Assembly: GCF_006345805.1 (NCBI RefSeq)
Contig: NC_043003.1
Coordinates: forward strand, 33,542,001 to 33,606,000
Length of the DNA stretch: 64,000 nt
Direction: 5' to 3'
From: Octopus sinensis
Taxonomy: Eukaryota
The first letter of the stretch is position 1, and every line of letters begins with the position of its first letter. The notes under the pieces were generated by a model. The model was not told the origin of the DNA. It saw only the letters and a list, made by a program, of their open reading frames with translations, and searched no databases. Positions 37,945-50,154 of the stretch are shown in pieces. Made by a program: the position numbers and the translations under genes.

Positions 37945-39330
37945 ACGAACGACGTCAACGTAATAGTGTCGGACATCTTTTAAATCGAGACAGACGGCAC
38001 TGTTTTAATTAGTACGAAGCGGTGACAGGAGCAAATTTCAACCAGGCGCAGTCGGTGGGCCTGCAGCTCGGCACCTGAGGTGGCAGGTCCATGCCATCCG
38101 ACAAAGTTGTAGGTCGCTGGACAGAAGGACCGGTTAAATTGCTCTAGGTCTGTTTTGGGCCAGACCTCCTGGTGGACAAGAACAGAGGGAAGTGACGAGC
38201 TGGGTAGCCAATCTCACCCAGAAATGGACAGAGAAGTTGTCTATGAATGGGCGGGTGGAGGTGGCGAATGCGTACATAGCATCCGTCATCTACTACCGCC
38301 TCACTGTCGTCCCTACCCCGTTTTGTGCTCTGCCCATGGAAGGGACGTGTTCCGCTCGTCAGACCTTCCATCTGCTGTTAACAGCCGCTGACTGAAGGAC
38401 TGGGCATGCCGTAGCGACTGACACACAAACATACGCTAAGGCTGCGATTTTTCCTTAACAATGAGCAGGCGTGGTCGCCGTTCGTTTCATTGATGGAGCT
38501 ACAGTACAGGGTCAAGCACAGACCAAGAAAGGGCGCTCGGCACCTGGAGTGTCGGCAAGCACTCACGGACTTCAGCCAATCGATCAACGCGGTCGGTGGA
38601 AGTTCCACTATAGTGTTCTATAGAGAACTAGTGGAGCGAAACAGCTATGACGTACTCGCAGAAAATCTGTGCATCGTGAGGGATCAACTAACTGGCTTTT
38701 TTCGACCTTTGGACCAGGGCCTACGGATAAATTCCAGAAATCCCTGGTCTGGAATTTACCGGGGCGCTCTGTTGATTCCAGTCAAGCTCTACAGACAAGG
38801 AAGTTCTGTCAGACTGACCTGTCTGAGGTGTGTGCAGAGCGATGAAACCGTCCTGGTTGCACTCATCTAGTGTCCGTGCAATGCTGACCTGTGGAGCTTT
38901 GTTGAACAGCTTTTACATGCAGTACGGATTCGGTTATCAGCCGAGTCCATTGTGAGGATCACCCCATCGCCTTCTTCTAGCCAGGAGGGAAAGGCAGGTG
39001 GTGTTGTAGACGACGCTGAAAGGACTGAAGACAGACACTTTCCTCTTCGGCTGAGCCCCCATTGATTTTTACAAGTTTCACTTGTTAAGGAAAGAGATTA
39101 GAGAAAGAAGTTCAGCCTGCCAGTAAGTTTTTTCAAAGGTGAATGTAGTGAAAATGGCCCGTGTGAATGGGCCTACTCTGAATATTCGTCTGTAAACCGG
39201 AGCAATAAAGGGGAAGAGGGTTACCTAGCCGGCGTGCCTCCGGCTGTCGTGGTGACCAGGATGTGTGGAGTACTCTTGTTGATCCTGGGTAGAACTCTGC
39301 ACTACTGGGAAATTTTGTTGCTTAATATGT
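37945..39330 (+). mobile_element. Degenerate Tx1/L1-type LINE 3' half (same type as 1-1700)
   Basis: Reads YTNDVNVIVS (YADD remnant), WTEKLSMNGRVEVANAYIASVIYYRLTVVP and CLRCVQSDETVLVALI*CP (zf-RVT remnant). Confidence 0.8.
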
Positions 39331-39480
39331 TTTCGTAAACTGTTTTTGTTTTTTGTCCACACGTTTTTTTTTTCTGTTTTAAACCCCACTCGTCCCTTGC
39401 TTTATATTGACCCTAACTATTTTTGTGTTCGGCTCTTGAGACCAATAAAGAAAGGATTATTATTATTTTTATTATTATTA

Positions 39481-39514
<34 letters not shown>

Positions 39515-39700
39515 GCGAGCTGGCCGAATCGTTACAACTCCGGGCAAAATGCTTCGTGGTACTTCGTCCATCTTTACGTACTCATTTCAAATTCCACCGA
39601 GATCGACTTTCATCGTTTAGGAGTCGATAAAAGAAGTGCCAGTTGAGCACCAGGGTTGATGTAATCGACTTACTTCCTCTCCCGAACTCGCTGGCCTTAT
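39515..39700 (+). mobile_element. CORE-type SINE
   Basis: GCGAGCTGGCCGAATCGTTA..TTTCAAATTCCACCGAGATCGACTT..GAGTCGATAAAAGAAGTGCCAG. Confidence 0.75.
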
Positions 39701-39757
39701 GACAAAATTTGAAATCATCATCAGCATCATCATCATCATCACCATTATTATTATTAT

Positions 39758-39798
<41 letters not shown>

Positions 39799-39806
39799 TT
39801 ACTACA

Positions 39807-39840
<34 letters not shown>

Positions 39841-40090
39841 TTACTACTACTACTACTATTCTTAGTAGTAGTAGTAGTAGTAGAATGAGTATAGTTGTTA
39901 GAAATTCTGTCACTATTATAAAAATATCACTATTAGCAAATTATAAGCAAAACATTAGTTGCCGAAATTATTGGCCACATTGCCTATGATTGTGATATTG
40001 CTGCTGCTGCTGCTGCTGCTGCCGCTGATAAAGATGGTGACGATAATGATAATGATGATGATGATTATGATGATGATGTTGTTGATGTTA
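39700..40090. repeat. (CAT)n/(TAT)n/(TAC)n/(GAT)n trinucleotide microsatellite cluster
   Basis: Direct reading of the sequence. Confidence 0.95.
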
Positions 40091-40932
40091 ATAAAAGAAA
40101 TAAGTACAGGCATCAACAAAGATAATAAGCAATAAGTATGTAGGTTTCTCACACTCCGCACTCCTTGGCTACAAAATAATTTGTGTCGTCTACCACAACC
40201 GTTAACCACCTCTCTTACTATAATTTCCTCGTTGTGTATCCCTTTTCACCTTCACTCTCCAAATCTTCATCCTCCCTGTCTTATATATTGATAAAGTTCT
40301 CGTGTTTCTATTCTTTATTTCTTCTTCCCTGCCTCTGTTTGTCTGTCTCTCTCTGTCTCTGTCTCTCTCTGTCTCTGTCTCTCTCTTCGAAATGGAACGC
40401 AATTATGAATTCTCTGAGCGTATACTCATTTCTTTTCATCTCGCGACATGCATAAAGGAATAATTAAATATTCTCACAGGGATTCATTTGTGTTCACCAA
40501 GGTGTTTTGCTAGCATCGTTGGTTTATTGGTTAATAATAGTGCAAAATCAAATTTTGTATTCAAAAACTAAAACCATAATAAAAATTAGATGAATAAATT
40601 TTACAAAATGAATATATATAAAAACAAAACAGAACAAAGCATAACAGAAAAAGCAAGCAAACAAATACAGTAAAAAAAAAAAGAAAATTTAATGAAAGAG
40701 AATTCAAACTCGTTTTGGAAGTAATAAGACACATTTTAAGAAATATTTCATCGAAAATCTGTCTACGTTTTTCTTCTACGTCTATGTAAATTTCTGCCTA
40801 TGTGTATATGTTGTGGATATGACACACACACACACGCACATATATACATACACATACCTATACATACCGATATACACACGAATATAAAAAAATATTTGTA
40901 TGTGTGCACTCGTTTGCATATATATATATATA

Positions 40933-40978
<46 letters not shown>

Positions 40979-41239
40979 CATATATATATGTATATATGTG
41001 TAAATCTATCTATCTAGAGAGAGAGAAGGGGAGAGAGGGGGGAGACAGAATGGAGAGAGAGGGGTGACCAAGGGAGAGAGATGGGGAGAGAAAGGGTGAG
41101 AGAGATAGAAAGAGAATGTGTGTGTAAATAACATAGATTCATATATTTGCATGTCTGTACATGACCGTATAAATGTGTATATAGGTGCATATATGTGAAC
41201 ATGCATATAATTGTTTATATAGGCGCGTGCACATACATG

Positions 41240-41299
41240 CGCGCGCACATATATATATATATATATACAAATACATATATAATATATATGTATATATAT

Positions 41300-41356
<57 letters not shown>

Positions 41357-41381
41357 GTATATATATATATGTATATATATG

Positions 41382-41469
<88 letters not shown>

Positions 41470-41470
41470 C
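41240..41470. repeat. Imperfect (TA)n tract
   Basis: Direct reading of the sequence. Confidence 0.95.
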
Positions 41471-42114
41471 TCACGCTTTTTGTGTGTGCATATGTGTGCA
41501 AGGTTCTTTTTTCTTGTAGTTCTATTGATGTATTTATCTATGTTTGTATCCGAGCGGCCAATAAGTCATGTAATAATTCAATTATATATTCCTCTGCGCC
41601 AATAATATTCCGTTCTTCTTTGATTGGTTAATTCTTCCTAATTTTCAAGGAAACTTTTATCGTGTGATTTTATAATTATTTTATTATTATTTCTAAAATG
41701 CTATGAAAAAAAATATTAAAAAACAAAAAAATGGATTAACATAGACATTAAAAAAATAATTTGTGAGTAGAATCTCGACAGTTTTTCACTATGTGAATTA
41801 GAAGCAAATATTTAATTTTAAAATATTTTAAATCCATTAAGATAACAGTAGCAGGCTTGTGGCTTCCTTCTAGTGAAATATATTAAACAGTTTCATCTTC
41901 AATGAATTTCCATATATTTTGTAAACACTTTTGAAATTACTTTTGCCAAACCATAGTATTTTGTAGGCATCTTTTAAATATATGACAATATACGTCAAAC
42001 CAGAGTGGGAGATTCTATCAATATCACAATATGCTGGAAAGGATGATTAAATCTCCTTCAGATCACATTCTATCTTTACTAAAAAAAAATAAGAATAGAT
42101 GCTGGCGTTTATTC

Positions 42115-42330
42115 TTTTACTTTTTTATTCTTTTACTTGTTTCAGTCATTTGACTGCGGCCATGCTGGAATACCGCCTTTAGTAAAATAAATCGATCAGA
42201 GGACTTATTCTTTGTAACGCTAGTACTTGTTCTATCGTTCACTTTTGCCGAACTGCTAAGTTACGGAGACATAAACACTCCAACATCGGTGTTCAAACGA
42301 TGGTTGCGAGACAAATACAAACACACAAAT
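42115..42330 (-). mobile_element. CORE-type SINE 3' part
   Basis: Homologous to 33285-33480. Confidence 0.8.
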
Positions 42331-42360
42331 ACAACATAGATACATACATACAAACATGTA

Positions 42361-42433
<73 letters not shown>

Positions 42434-42513
42434 ATATCAATAAAAACTTACTTGGAGAAGCGAAACGAAGAGAAAAGACGCGTGCGTTCGGTCATATAAT
42501 AACATATAATAAA

Positions 42514-44227
42514 CTAGCACAATTGCCCGGCGTTGCTCGGGGCTGAATTGCTTGAAAGTACTGTTAATGATTGCACTGAATTATGATGATTATTGATATA
42601 AGTTTACGGTGGGAGATAAGGAATTAACGATCAAACGTGTGCCATTGCATTGTTTTGGGGGAACCAAATTTCTGATGAGCATTATAGGGGCACCAACTTT
42701 AAGTTTGAGAAAGTGTGGTGGTAGTCCGGGGTGCTCAAAGGAATTGAGTACCTCTATTGGATAGTTGATGACGTCCTCTGGGTCAGGAGTTGTATCGATA
42801 GACTGATATACATAGACTTCCCCAGGAATGAGTTTTAGCATTTCATCATTAATATGGTGAACAGTTTTATTCTTCGGGGCCATTATAGCCTTTTTGCCAA
42901 TCCAATCCATATTCTGATAATTAGCTTGTAGATCTGGGAACACTGCATCTCTGAGATCAGAAGGCGTCTTAACAATGGTACAAATGGAATCGATGGCAAT
43001 ATACATTTTCATCATCCCCTGGTATTTTGCCTTCGCCAAGTGCAAGGAGGGTGTGAGGAAATGCTGCTGATGTGATATTACGTCGCATATGAGCACGCAT
43101 ATTGGTGTGAAGTTTGAGAGTTACTTCCCTTTTTTAAAAAAAATATGCATTAAAATGGAAAAAAATGTAAAATCGTAGACCCATCGTAGACGCGCGCTAA
43201 TACCCAGAAGGGCTCGATATGAATCACGACTATAAGATACCCGGTTTTGGTTAAACTGCATCGCAAAATGTGGGAGTAGTTAGGAATCTAAAGGAATTTG
43301 TTTACATACATGTGTGAAATGGCAAATGTTTGTGCAGTTGTCCGAAATGGAACCAGAGTAAATGTGTGGAACTGATGTATTATAATGAATAGTCCTTCTT
43401 GTTGTGAATATTAATTTGATTAATATGAACTGAAAACTAGGGGTGTAGCATAAAAGACCATAGGTGATCTTCTAGCAAAAAGGATGACCAGTCTGACTGG
43501 CTCATCCCTGTCACACACTCACACACACGCACCCTCACACACACACACACACGCACACACACACACACTCACACACACGCACACACACACACACGTTAGC
43601 TTACAATTTTATTTATATATTTGCGTGTCCATGTGTGTAAAAGGAAGTGGGAGTAATATGCAGAGTGAAAGAGTGAAATGGTAAAATATTTAGTTTTCTC
43701 GAATTTTTTCTGAAATGGGGGTGAAATTGAAAGAAATTTTGTATGCCATGACCGAATGGAAGTACTTTGAAAAATCATAGGTAAACTCTAATTGAAGAAA
43801 TTGTGTGAGGATTAAATCGTTATGTATTTATTTGTTTCTGTTTGCTGTGTTTTTTTTTTGTGTAGTGGTTTAAGGTACACTTCTCTCGTTTTATATAAAT
43901 ACTTTCACTTTAATCGTTGCACACTTGCAAAGAGATAGGAGGAGAAATTAGGGTGATAGCATGAGTGAAGCATTTCGCTCCGTTTGTGTGTGTGTGTGTG
44001 TGTGCTGTAGCCCACACTAAGAAAAGCACTTCACTTACACACCACAATGTGAGTTTTCTCGAAATTTTGCTTAATTGGGGGTGAAATTTAAAAAACTGTA
44101 CCTGGCACGACCCGATGTATTCTACTCTTAAAAATGCTAGGTAAATTGTAATTGAAGAAATCCTATATTGTAGATTTCTATAAGAGACAAAGGGAGGCAG
44201 ATAAAATCTGCCTTTTATAATAAGAGA
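42514..44227 (-). mobile_element. Non-autonomous Helitron derivative (possibly a composite of two elements)
   Basis: The minus-strand 3' end is the hairpin CCCGAGCAACGCCGGG followed by CTAG|T at 42514. The minus-strand 5' end is A|TCTCTTATTATAAAAGGCAG at 44227. An internal PIF1 helicase fragment is present. Confidence 0.7.
42590..43030 (-). pseudogene. PIF1-family (Helitron Rep/Hel) helicase fragment
   Basis: Reads VFPDL..AIMAPKNKTVHHIN..YQSID..YPIEVLNSFEHPGLPPHFLKLKVGAPIMLIRNLVPPKQCNGTRLIV. Confidence 0.9.
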
Positions 44228-44382
44228 TAAATAAAATATATGCATATATACATACATATATGTACATACTTACATCTACATGTATATATACAAGCATATA
44301 TATATATATATATGCTTGTATATATACATGTAGATGTAAGTATGTACATATATGTATGTATATATGCATATATTTTATTTAT
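44227..44382. repeat. Perfect 156-bp palindrome with an (AT)n centre
   Basis: The arms are exact reverse complements around 44304/44305, which is why the ORF track shows the same peptide on both strands. Confidence 0.95.
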
Positions 44383-44879
44383 TATATTGTTATTATATAT
44401 AGAGAGAGAGAGAGAAAGAGAGGGAGAGAGAGAGAGGGAGAGAGAGAGGGGGAGAATAATAAATGCCAAAAACGAATTTCTGTGTGTCAGTGTGTCACAC
44501 TTTGACGCCCTCTCTCTCTCTAATCAATGGTACCTTTTCTACTTCTCTTGCTGGGGTGAGAGTAATAGTAGGCATAGTGACAGTGATGACGGTTGTAGAT
44601 TGACAGTTGAGATGGTAATGGGGTGGTAGCAATAGTACGAGCTGTAGTTGTGATAGAAGCGGTGGCGACGGTGATTATGGTGGTGGTAGTGGTAGCTGAA
44701 GTGGTCAAGCATGACGGTGATAGTAAGCGATATGAAAGACAGTAGTGATGTTGGTGGGAGGGGAGGCAGCGAAGTCAAAGGTGTTGATAGTGGTGGTGTT
44801 AAAAGTCTTAATGATGTGTGTGTACCAATTTTGGTGGCGAAGGTGGTGGTATTGGTGATGATTAAAAACAATCAACGAA

Positions 44880-44882
44880 AAG

Positions 44883-44981
<99 letters not shown>

Positions 44982-45090
44982 GATAGAGATAGAGAGAGAG
45001 AGAGATAGAGAGATATATAGATAGAGATAGAGGGAGAGATAGATAGAGATAGAGAGAGAGATAGATAGAAAGAGAGGGAGAGAGAGGGAG
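44880..45090. repeat. (GATA)n/(GA)n microsatellite
   Basis: Direct reading of the sequence. Confidence 0.95.
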
Positions 45091-45999
45091 AAATAAAGAG
45101 GTTAGACAGATAAAAATTCTACTGAGCTCCGAATGGGACAAAAAATGTAAACAGGTCAGTTGTCACTGACGAAAGAAATAGAAAGCATACAATAGAAAGT
45201 GAAGGACATAGGGTGCTACATAACGAGGCTAGGAAGTAGCGACCATGAAAAAGATGCTTCATAAATTTTGCGCAACGAACACACACAAAATTACATATAT
45301 ATACAATAGTATATATATACATACAAATACACATATATGAGTACGTAAACAAATATACAAAAATATGTAAGCAAATACATTCTCACATAAATATAAGTAT
45401 ATACACGTACACATATACATCTATGTATGTATGCACATATACATATATACACGTATACTTTCACACATACATACACGTACATGAACGCGTACGCACACAT
45501 ACACATACATGTGCTTACCTACAATACATACATACACATAAAAGTAAATATATAGTGACATATCTACAACGTAACGCATATATATATGTATATATATATA
45601 TGTATATATATATATAAATATATATTTAAAATTGTTTGTGTGTGTATATATATATATATATACACACAAGCAATCTTAAATACGCTGCTCTGTGTGTAGG
45701 GTATTAAACATTCGGATAAGACAAAATGCCGCACCATATATGAAATTATCTATAAAGTTGATATAACAATTAAATAGGTGTGCAAGATAAAATAAAATGC
45801 AATAAAATATAAATGAACCTTCGCAAAGCTTAAGCTTGTAATTAAATTCGTAAAAAAGTCGAAGGGTTTTTTAAAGAACGAGCCGAAACATATTCAATAT
45901 CGTTGTGATGCGAAATAACCATACACTGCAAAGACAAGTTCAAAAGCGGCAGTCGAAAATATTTCGAAAGTCAAAACATATTACCTATAGGGTATTTTG

Positions 46000-46560
46000 T
46001 CGGTTGACATTTTAAATTTTCTTGCGTGCCTGCAGGAATTTAAGATCTCCCGTCTCTGTTTCAAAGCGTTTTTATCCTGGAATAGGATAAAGAATTTTTC
46101 CGAAAGGCACGATCACATTTCATAGGTCTTTTATAAGCTCCATTTCTCTAAGCTGAAGTTTTATCTAAGATTTTCCAAGTTACATTGAATGGACGGGCTT
46201 CATTCTCTTTCAACTCCCTGACATGCTTTGCAAGACTAGACGCTGTCCTGAATTTTTCTGGGAATAAAATTGTATCTTGAAAGAATTTTCTGAAGCCCCT
46301 GTATATGTTTTATATTCTTGTGAGCCATCTACTTGCACTTTGGCTGTATAAATAATACCTTTTTCGAAAAATTTTCCTTCCAACTGACAGTATGTCTCAT
46401 CTTTGAAGTTTCAATTACTCGGATTAGAATCGGCACTGTAGTTGCATTTTATGTTTTACTTGTCTGCATAGAATACGTCTGAATATTGTTTCCCAGACTC
46501 AATAGAATACACTTTTATCTATCCATGTATATTGAGTACATTTCAAGCATTACTTCATAT
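46000..46560 (-). mobile_element. Heavily decayed PLE GIY-YIG endonuclease (same type as 23460-24835); not in the ORF track
   Basis: Minus-strand frames with shifts give *NFKDETYCQLEGK..GIIYTAKVQVDGSQEYKTYTGASENSFK..SSLAKHVRELK..FNVTWKILDK..KCD..CRHARKF. Confidence 0.75.
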
Positions 46561-46650
46561 TTTGTACTTTATCAGTTTACCACAGAAGCTACATAAACAA
46601 TATTAATGTTTTGAAATCTTTTTTGTGTATTTCATTTTTTTTGTTCTTTT

Positions 46651-47056
46651 TACTGAGAAGAAAACGGGCGAAAGCGATCTTGTTTCATCAGGATAATGTT
46701 CCAGTACACAAGTATTTGATTTCCATGGCTACTGTGCGTGACTCTGGCTTTTTTTGGTTGATCACCTACCCAGTTCTCCTGCTTTGGTGTCATCTGAATA
46801 TTAGCAGTTCCCCAACACGAGAAAAAACTCCACTTGGCTAGGAACAAGTGCCGCAGTGATGACAACATCATTTTAGCTGTTGGTGATTCTTTTGAGCAAC
46901 CAGATAAAAATTGCTTCACAAATAGAATTCAAGCACTGCAATATGAATGGAAGAAATGCGTAGACCGAAAGGAGGAGTAAATTGAAAACTAAACCTCATT
47001 TGATCACCTTCCACGGGAGTATCGTGATCATTCTTATAAATTTTTCAACCCACTTA
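46651..47056 (+). mobile_element. Mariner transposase 3' fragment plus right end
   Basis: Reads ILFHQDNVPVHK..SSP..EY..SDDNII.AV.D.FEQ..IQALQYEWKKCVD; the 3' end is TTTTCAACCCAC. Confidence 0.8.
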
Positions 47057-47837
47057 CATCGCTAAATAAATGGATATATAGATAAACAGAAAGACAGACA
47101 ATTATATTGAAAATTCTGAAACTCGCTTTGACGCTCTTGTCGACCAATGAATTGAAAAATCTTGATTTTAGTCTTGTTTATAACACAACTCTTACAAGCA
47201 AAGGAAATTAAATCAATAGATATAGATTCATGAAGGATATTTTAAAACAGGAAATTGGTAGGTGTTAATTAATGTAAAGATGAATAAACCAGCAAAGAGA
47301 AAATATAGAAACGACAATTAGTAACTTTGTAAACATAGAAAGCATGAATGTTATAGGATATCATTGTTTACTGGTTGGTTGCACATCTATTCATGCCAGA
47401 CAATCTAACGTTTGTGAAAGGTATCATGAACTATATTCTCAAAGGCTAGAATATTTCTGCAAGCAATAAATCTCCAGGCGAAGACTCTACTACTTCACTG
47501 CCACACTCGCATTTGAATTGTAATTGTACAAAGTTATTACATTATAGGTCTCCAAGTTTATCACTTTCCTTATCTGTTAACCCTCTATTATTTATGAATT
47601 TAATTAGTACTTCTTTCTTTTTATTAGATATTTCGGTATCCTGTGTATGAGCAACTTCATTATTCTTATTTCCATATGCCTTATATGTATCTGTATTTCT
47701 AAAATCTTCATGTTTGTCATGTTTCATACATGTGTAGTATTACCTGATGCTCTCATCATTGAACTTTGACATCTCACCCTAAAAATGTGGATATGTCCAC
47801 AAATGATTAGTTTGTGTACATTATGTATTGTGCATCA

Positions 47838-47889
<52 letters not shown>

Positions 47890-47967
47890 GTGCGTGAGTC
47901 ATCTAAGAGACAATAAGTCAGGGATGCACTCATATATCTCTCAGTAGAGTGGGTATATTATCCGAGA

Positions 47968-48219
47968 TGTATAGTATTAAATATCAATCACGTCTGACCT
48001 TACCAATCCCTTTCGCGTTAAGAATACAATGGAATGTTAGGTAACAAGCCGATTATATAATTTTACGTTCATCAGAGCAGTTACCATATTCTCTTCCATA
48101 TTGGCTAACTCTGATGCGCGTAAAGTTTTATAATCGGTTCGTTACCTAACACTCCATTTTATTCTTTACGCGAAATGGATAGGTAAGGTCAGCCATGATG
48201 GATATTTAATAGTATACAT
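47968..48219. mobile_element. Hairpin MITE-like element (arms about 120 bp, short loop)
   Basis: The left arm ATGTATAGTATTAAATATC..CTGACCTTACC..GTTAGGTAAC..CATCAGAG matches the reverse complement of 48103-48219 with scattered mismatches. Confidence 0.8.
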
Positions 48220-48228
48220 TTTGGTTAA

Positions 48229-48570
48229 TCAATATATATAAAGGAGAGTTTGTATGTGTGTGCGCAAGCGTAAGTTCCTTAAGCATTCGAAAACTGAGTT
48301 GCCGATTTTGATGTGTGGGGTATCAAAAGATTCAGTAACGTTTCGGCTACGAAATAAACTTTATTTTCATTTACATATTTTTTTACGTTATCTCAACAAC
48401 CAGCTTTAGTTATTTGAAAGACACTGCTCTACAATGACCAGATTTCATTAGAAAGTGAAAATAGTTTCGCACTTTCAATTTGAACCAAAATTACAAAGTT
48501 TTCCATTACGAGAGTGACGATGTGTAAATAAAGTTTCGCTGAATTAGTCACATATGTACTATAATAAAGA
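48229..48570 (+). mobile_element. Possible Helitron 5' end fragment
   Basis: A|TCAATATATATAAAGGAGAGTTTGTATGTGTGTG resembles Helitron 5' TC termini; no 3' CTRR end was found. Confidence 0.35.
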
Positions 48571-48739
48571 CATCTGCTTATCATCTATCTATATATAGTG
48601 TGTCATCCTATAAGTAATGCAGTTATATCAGTTGCACGAACTAAAAGTCAGAAGGGGGCGGGATAAACTACCTGCATCCACTTGCTATAAATATAAGTAG
48701 TAATTTTACTGTGTCCTTATTCTTAGTGCGGTTCGATTT

Positions 48740-49203
48740 TCAAAGTTATTTTTTCAAAGCTTTAATGGAAGTGGAAAAGGAGCATATTTGGCATATTTTG
48801 CTTTAGAAGTTCAATAAAGGCAACACCGCAAAGGAAAGTGCGAAGAATATTAATGCAGTATATGGGGGTCGGACAATAAGCGTGGTTCCAGAGATTCTGA
48901 GTCAGAAACCACAGAAACCTAGAAGACGAGCCACACCCTGGTAGATCTGTAGAGGTCGACGAGGATGTCATGCAAACCCTAGTGTAACAAAATCTCAGAT
49001 GAGTAGCTAGCAGAGAAGCTTGGATTTGGTCATTTAACCAGTCATTCAAATCAGCGCTAGAAGAAAAATGACCATCTTTTGTTTCAAGACGAAAGATGTT
49101 CTCCCATCAGGATAATGCTCGGCCACATGCAACGTGGATGACATTCCAAAGGCTGGAGTAGTTTGAATGGAAAAAAAATGCCCCACCTACCATATTTGCC
49201 CCG
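48740..49203 (+). mobile_element. Internally deleted mariner (same family as 5951-6860)
   Basis: From ATG 48765 it reads MEVEKEHIWHILL*KFNKGNTAKESAKNINAVYG..WFQRF..EDEPHPGRSVEVDED, then QDNARPHA..TFQRLE*FEW..PH.PY. Confidence 0.85.
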
Positions 49204-49208
49204 TTTAA

Positions 49209-49577
49209 TTACAACAGGGAAAAAGAGGAAGCCTTTATAAAATTGGTTATGATGTTTCTGCACACCCGAACAGATCAGGATGGGAGCCGAAGCAAGCAGA
49301 AGTGAAAAGGAAGCTATATAAGTGGCATTTGGTCACGTATTCCAAAAGTAAAGAAATAAAGAAAACAATTGTAAAATATAAATCGGTAATAAGAGTAAAG
49401 CTGCCGCCAGAAAAATAGCCGGAATACACTAAAGGAATAGTCATAGATAAAGAGAGATTTTTGAAATTGTGAGAGATGTATGAACATTTCATAGACCCGC
49501 TGGGGGTTGAAGTTGAGTTTGACGAGCTCCCACCGGTCGTGGAATTAGAAGATTTGAAACCCTGTATGACCATGTAA
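49209..49577 (+). pseudogene. Unassigned decayed reading frame (123 codons, two internal stops)
   Basis: A single frame reads ..YKIGYDVSAHPNRSGWEPKQAEVKRKLYKWHLVTYSK..LPPEK*PEYTKGIVIDKERFLKL*EMYEHFIDPLGVEVEFDELPPVVELEDL. The stops are TAG (49416) and TGA (49470), each one C-to-T change from CAG or CGA. Confidence 0.5.
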
Positions 49578-49901
49578 AAACAAGTAAGTAAAATTTGTAC
49601 TTCATATAAAAAAAACAAGAAAATAGACTGTTAAAATATTTAAAGAAAAAAGAGAGAAAAAAGCGATCCAATAAAAAAAGAGTAAGAAAAAAACGAGCTA
49701 AAAAAGGAAAAAAAGAAATGACTGTAAGAACGTTTAATTGTAAAAAAGAAATCACGGTTTCGTCTCGGAGCGAAACCAAGAAAACCGTCTCATATTCATT
49801 GTAGTTCATTCTTTCATAAGTATTTTTTGTTCCCGGGTGTTTGTGTATGTCCCCTCTGTATTCAGGCCTTGTGCCTATAATAAAGAGAAACCGGTGATTG
49901 T

Positions 49902-49946
49902 CACACGCTGATGACGGGTCAATATCCAGAAACTCGAGTCCGTGTG
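49902..49946 (+). ncRNA. Minimal type I hammerhead ribozyme motif
   Basis: CACACG-CTGATGA-cGGGtcaataTCCa-GAAA-CTCGAG-TC-CGTGTG. It has a 6-bp stem I, a full core, a palindromic stem III (ACTCGAGT) and a GTC cleavage triplet. Confidence 0.75.
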
Positions 49947-50122
49947 TATCATACAGGTTGAAGATGGGAAGCATGGCTTCCCTTTGCAAATACCGATAGG
50001 ACACAGAAAGTGTGTCAATAGCCAACTGTAGGAGCTATCCTCCTGGGACTACAAGCTACAGTAGCATTCACCCTTAGGGGTTAGCCACATTTAAGTGGCA
50101 AATATACTTCACAATATATATA

Positions 50123-50154
<32 letters not shown>

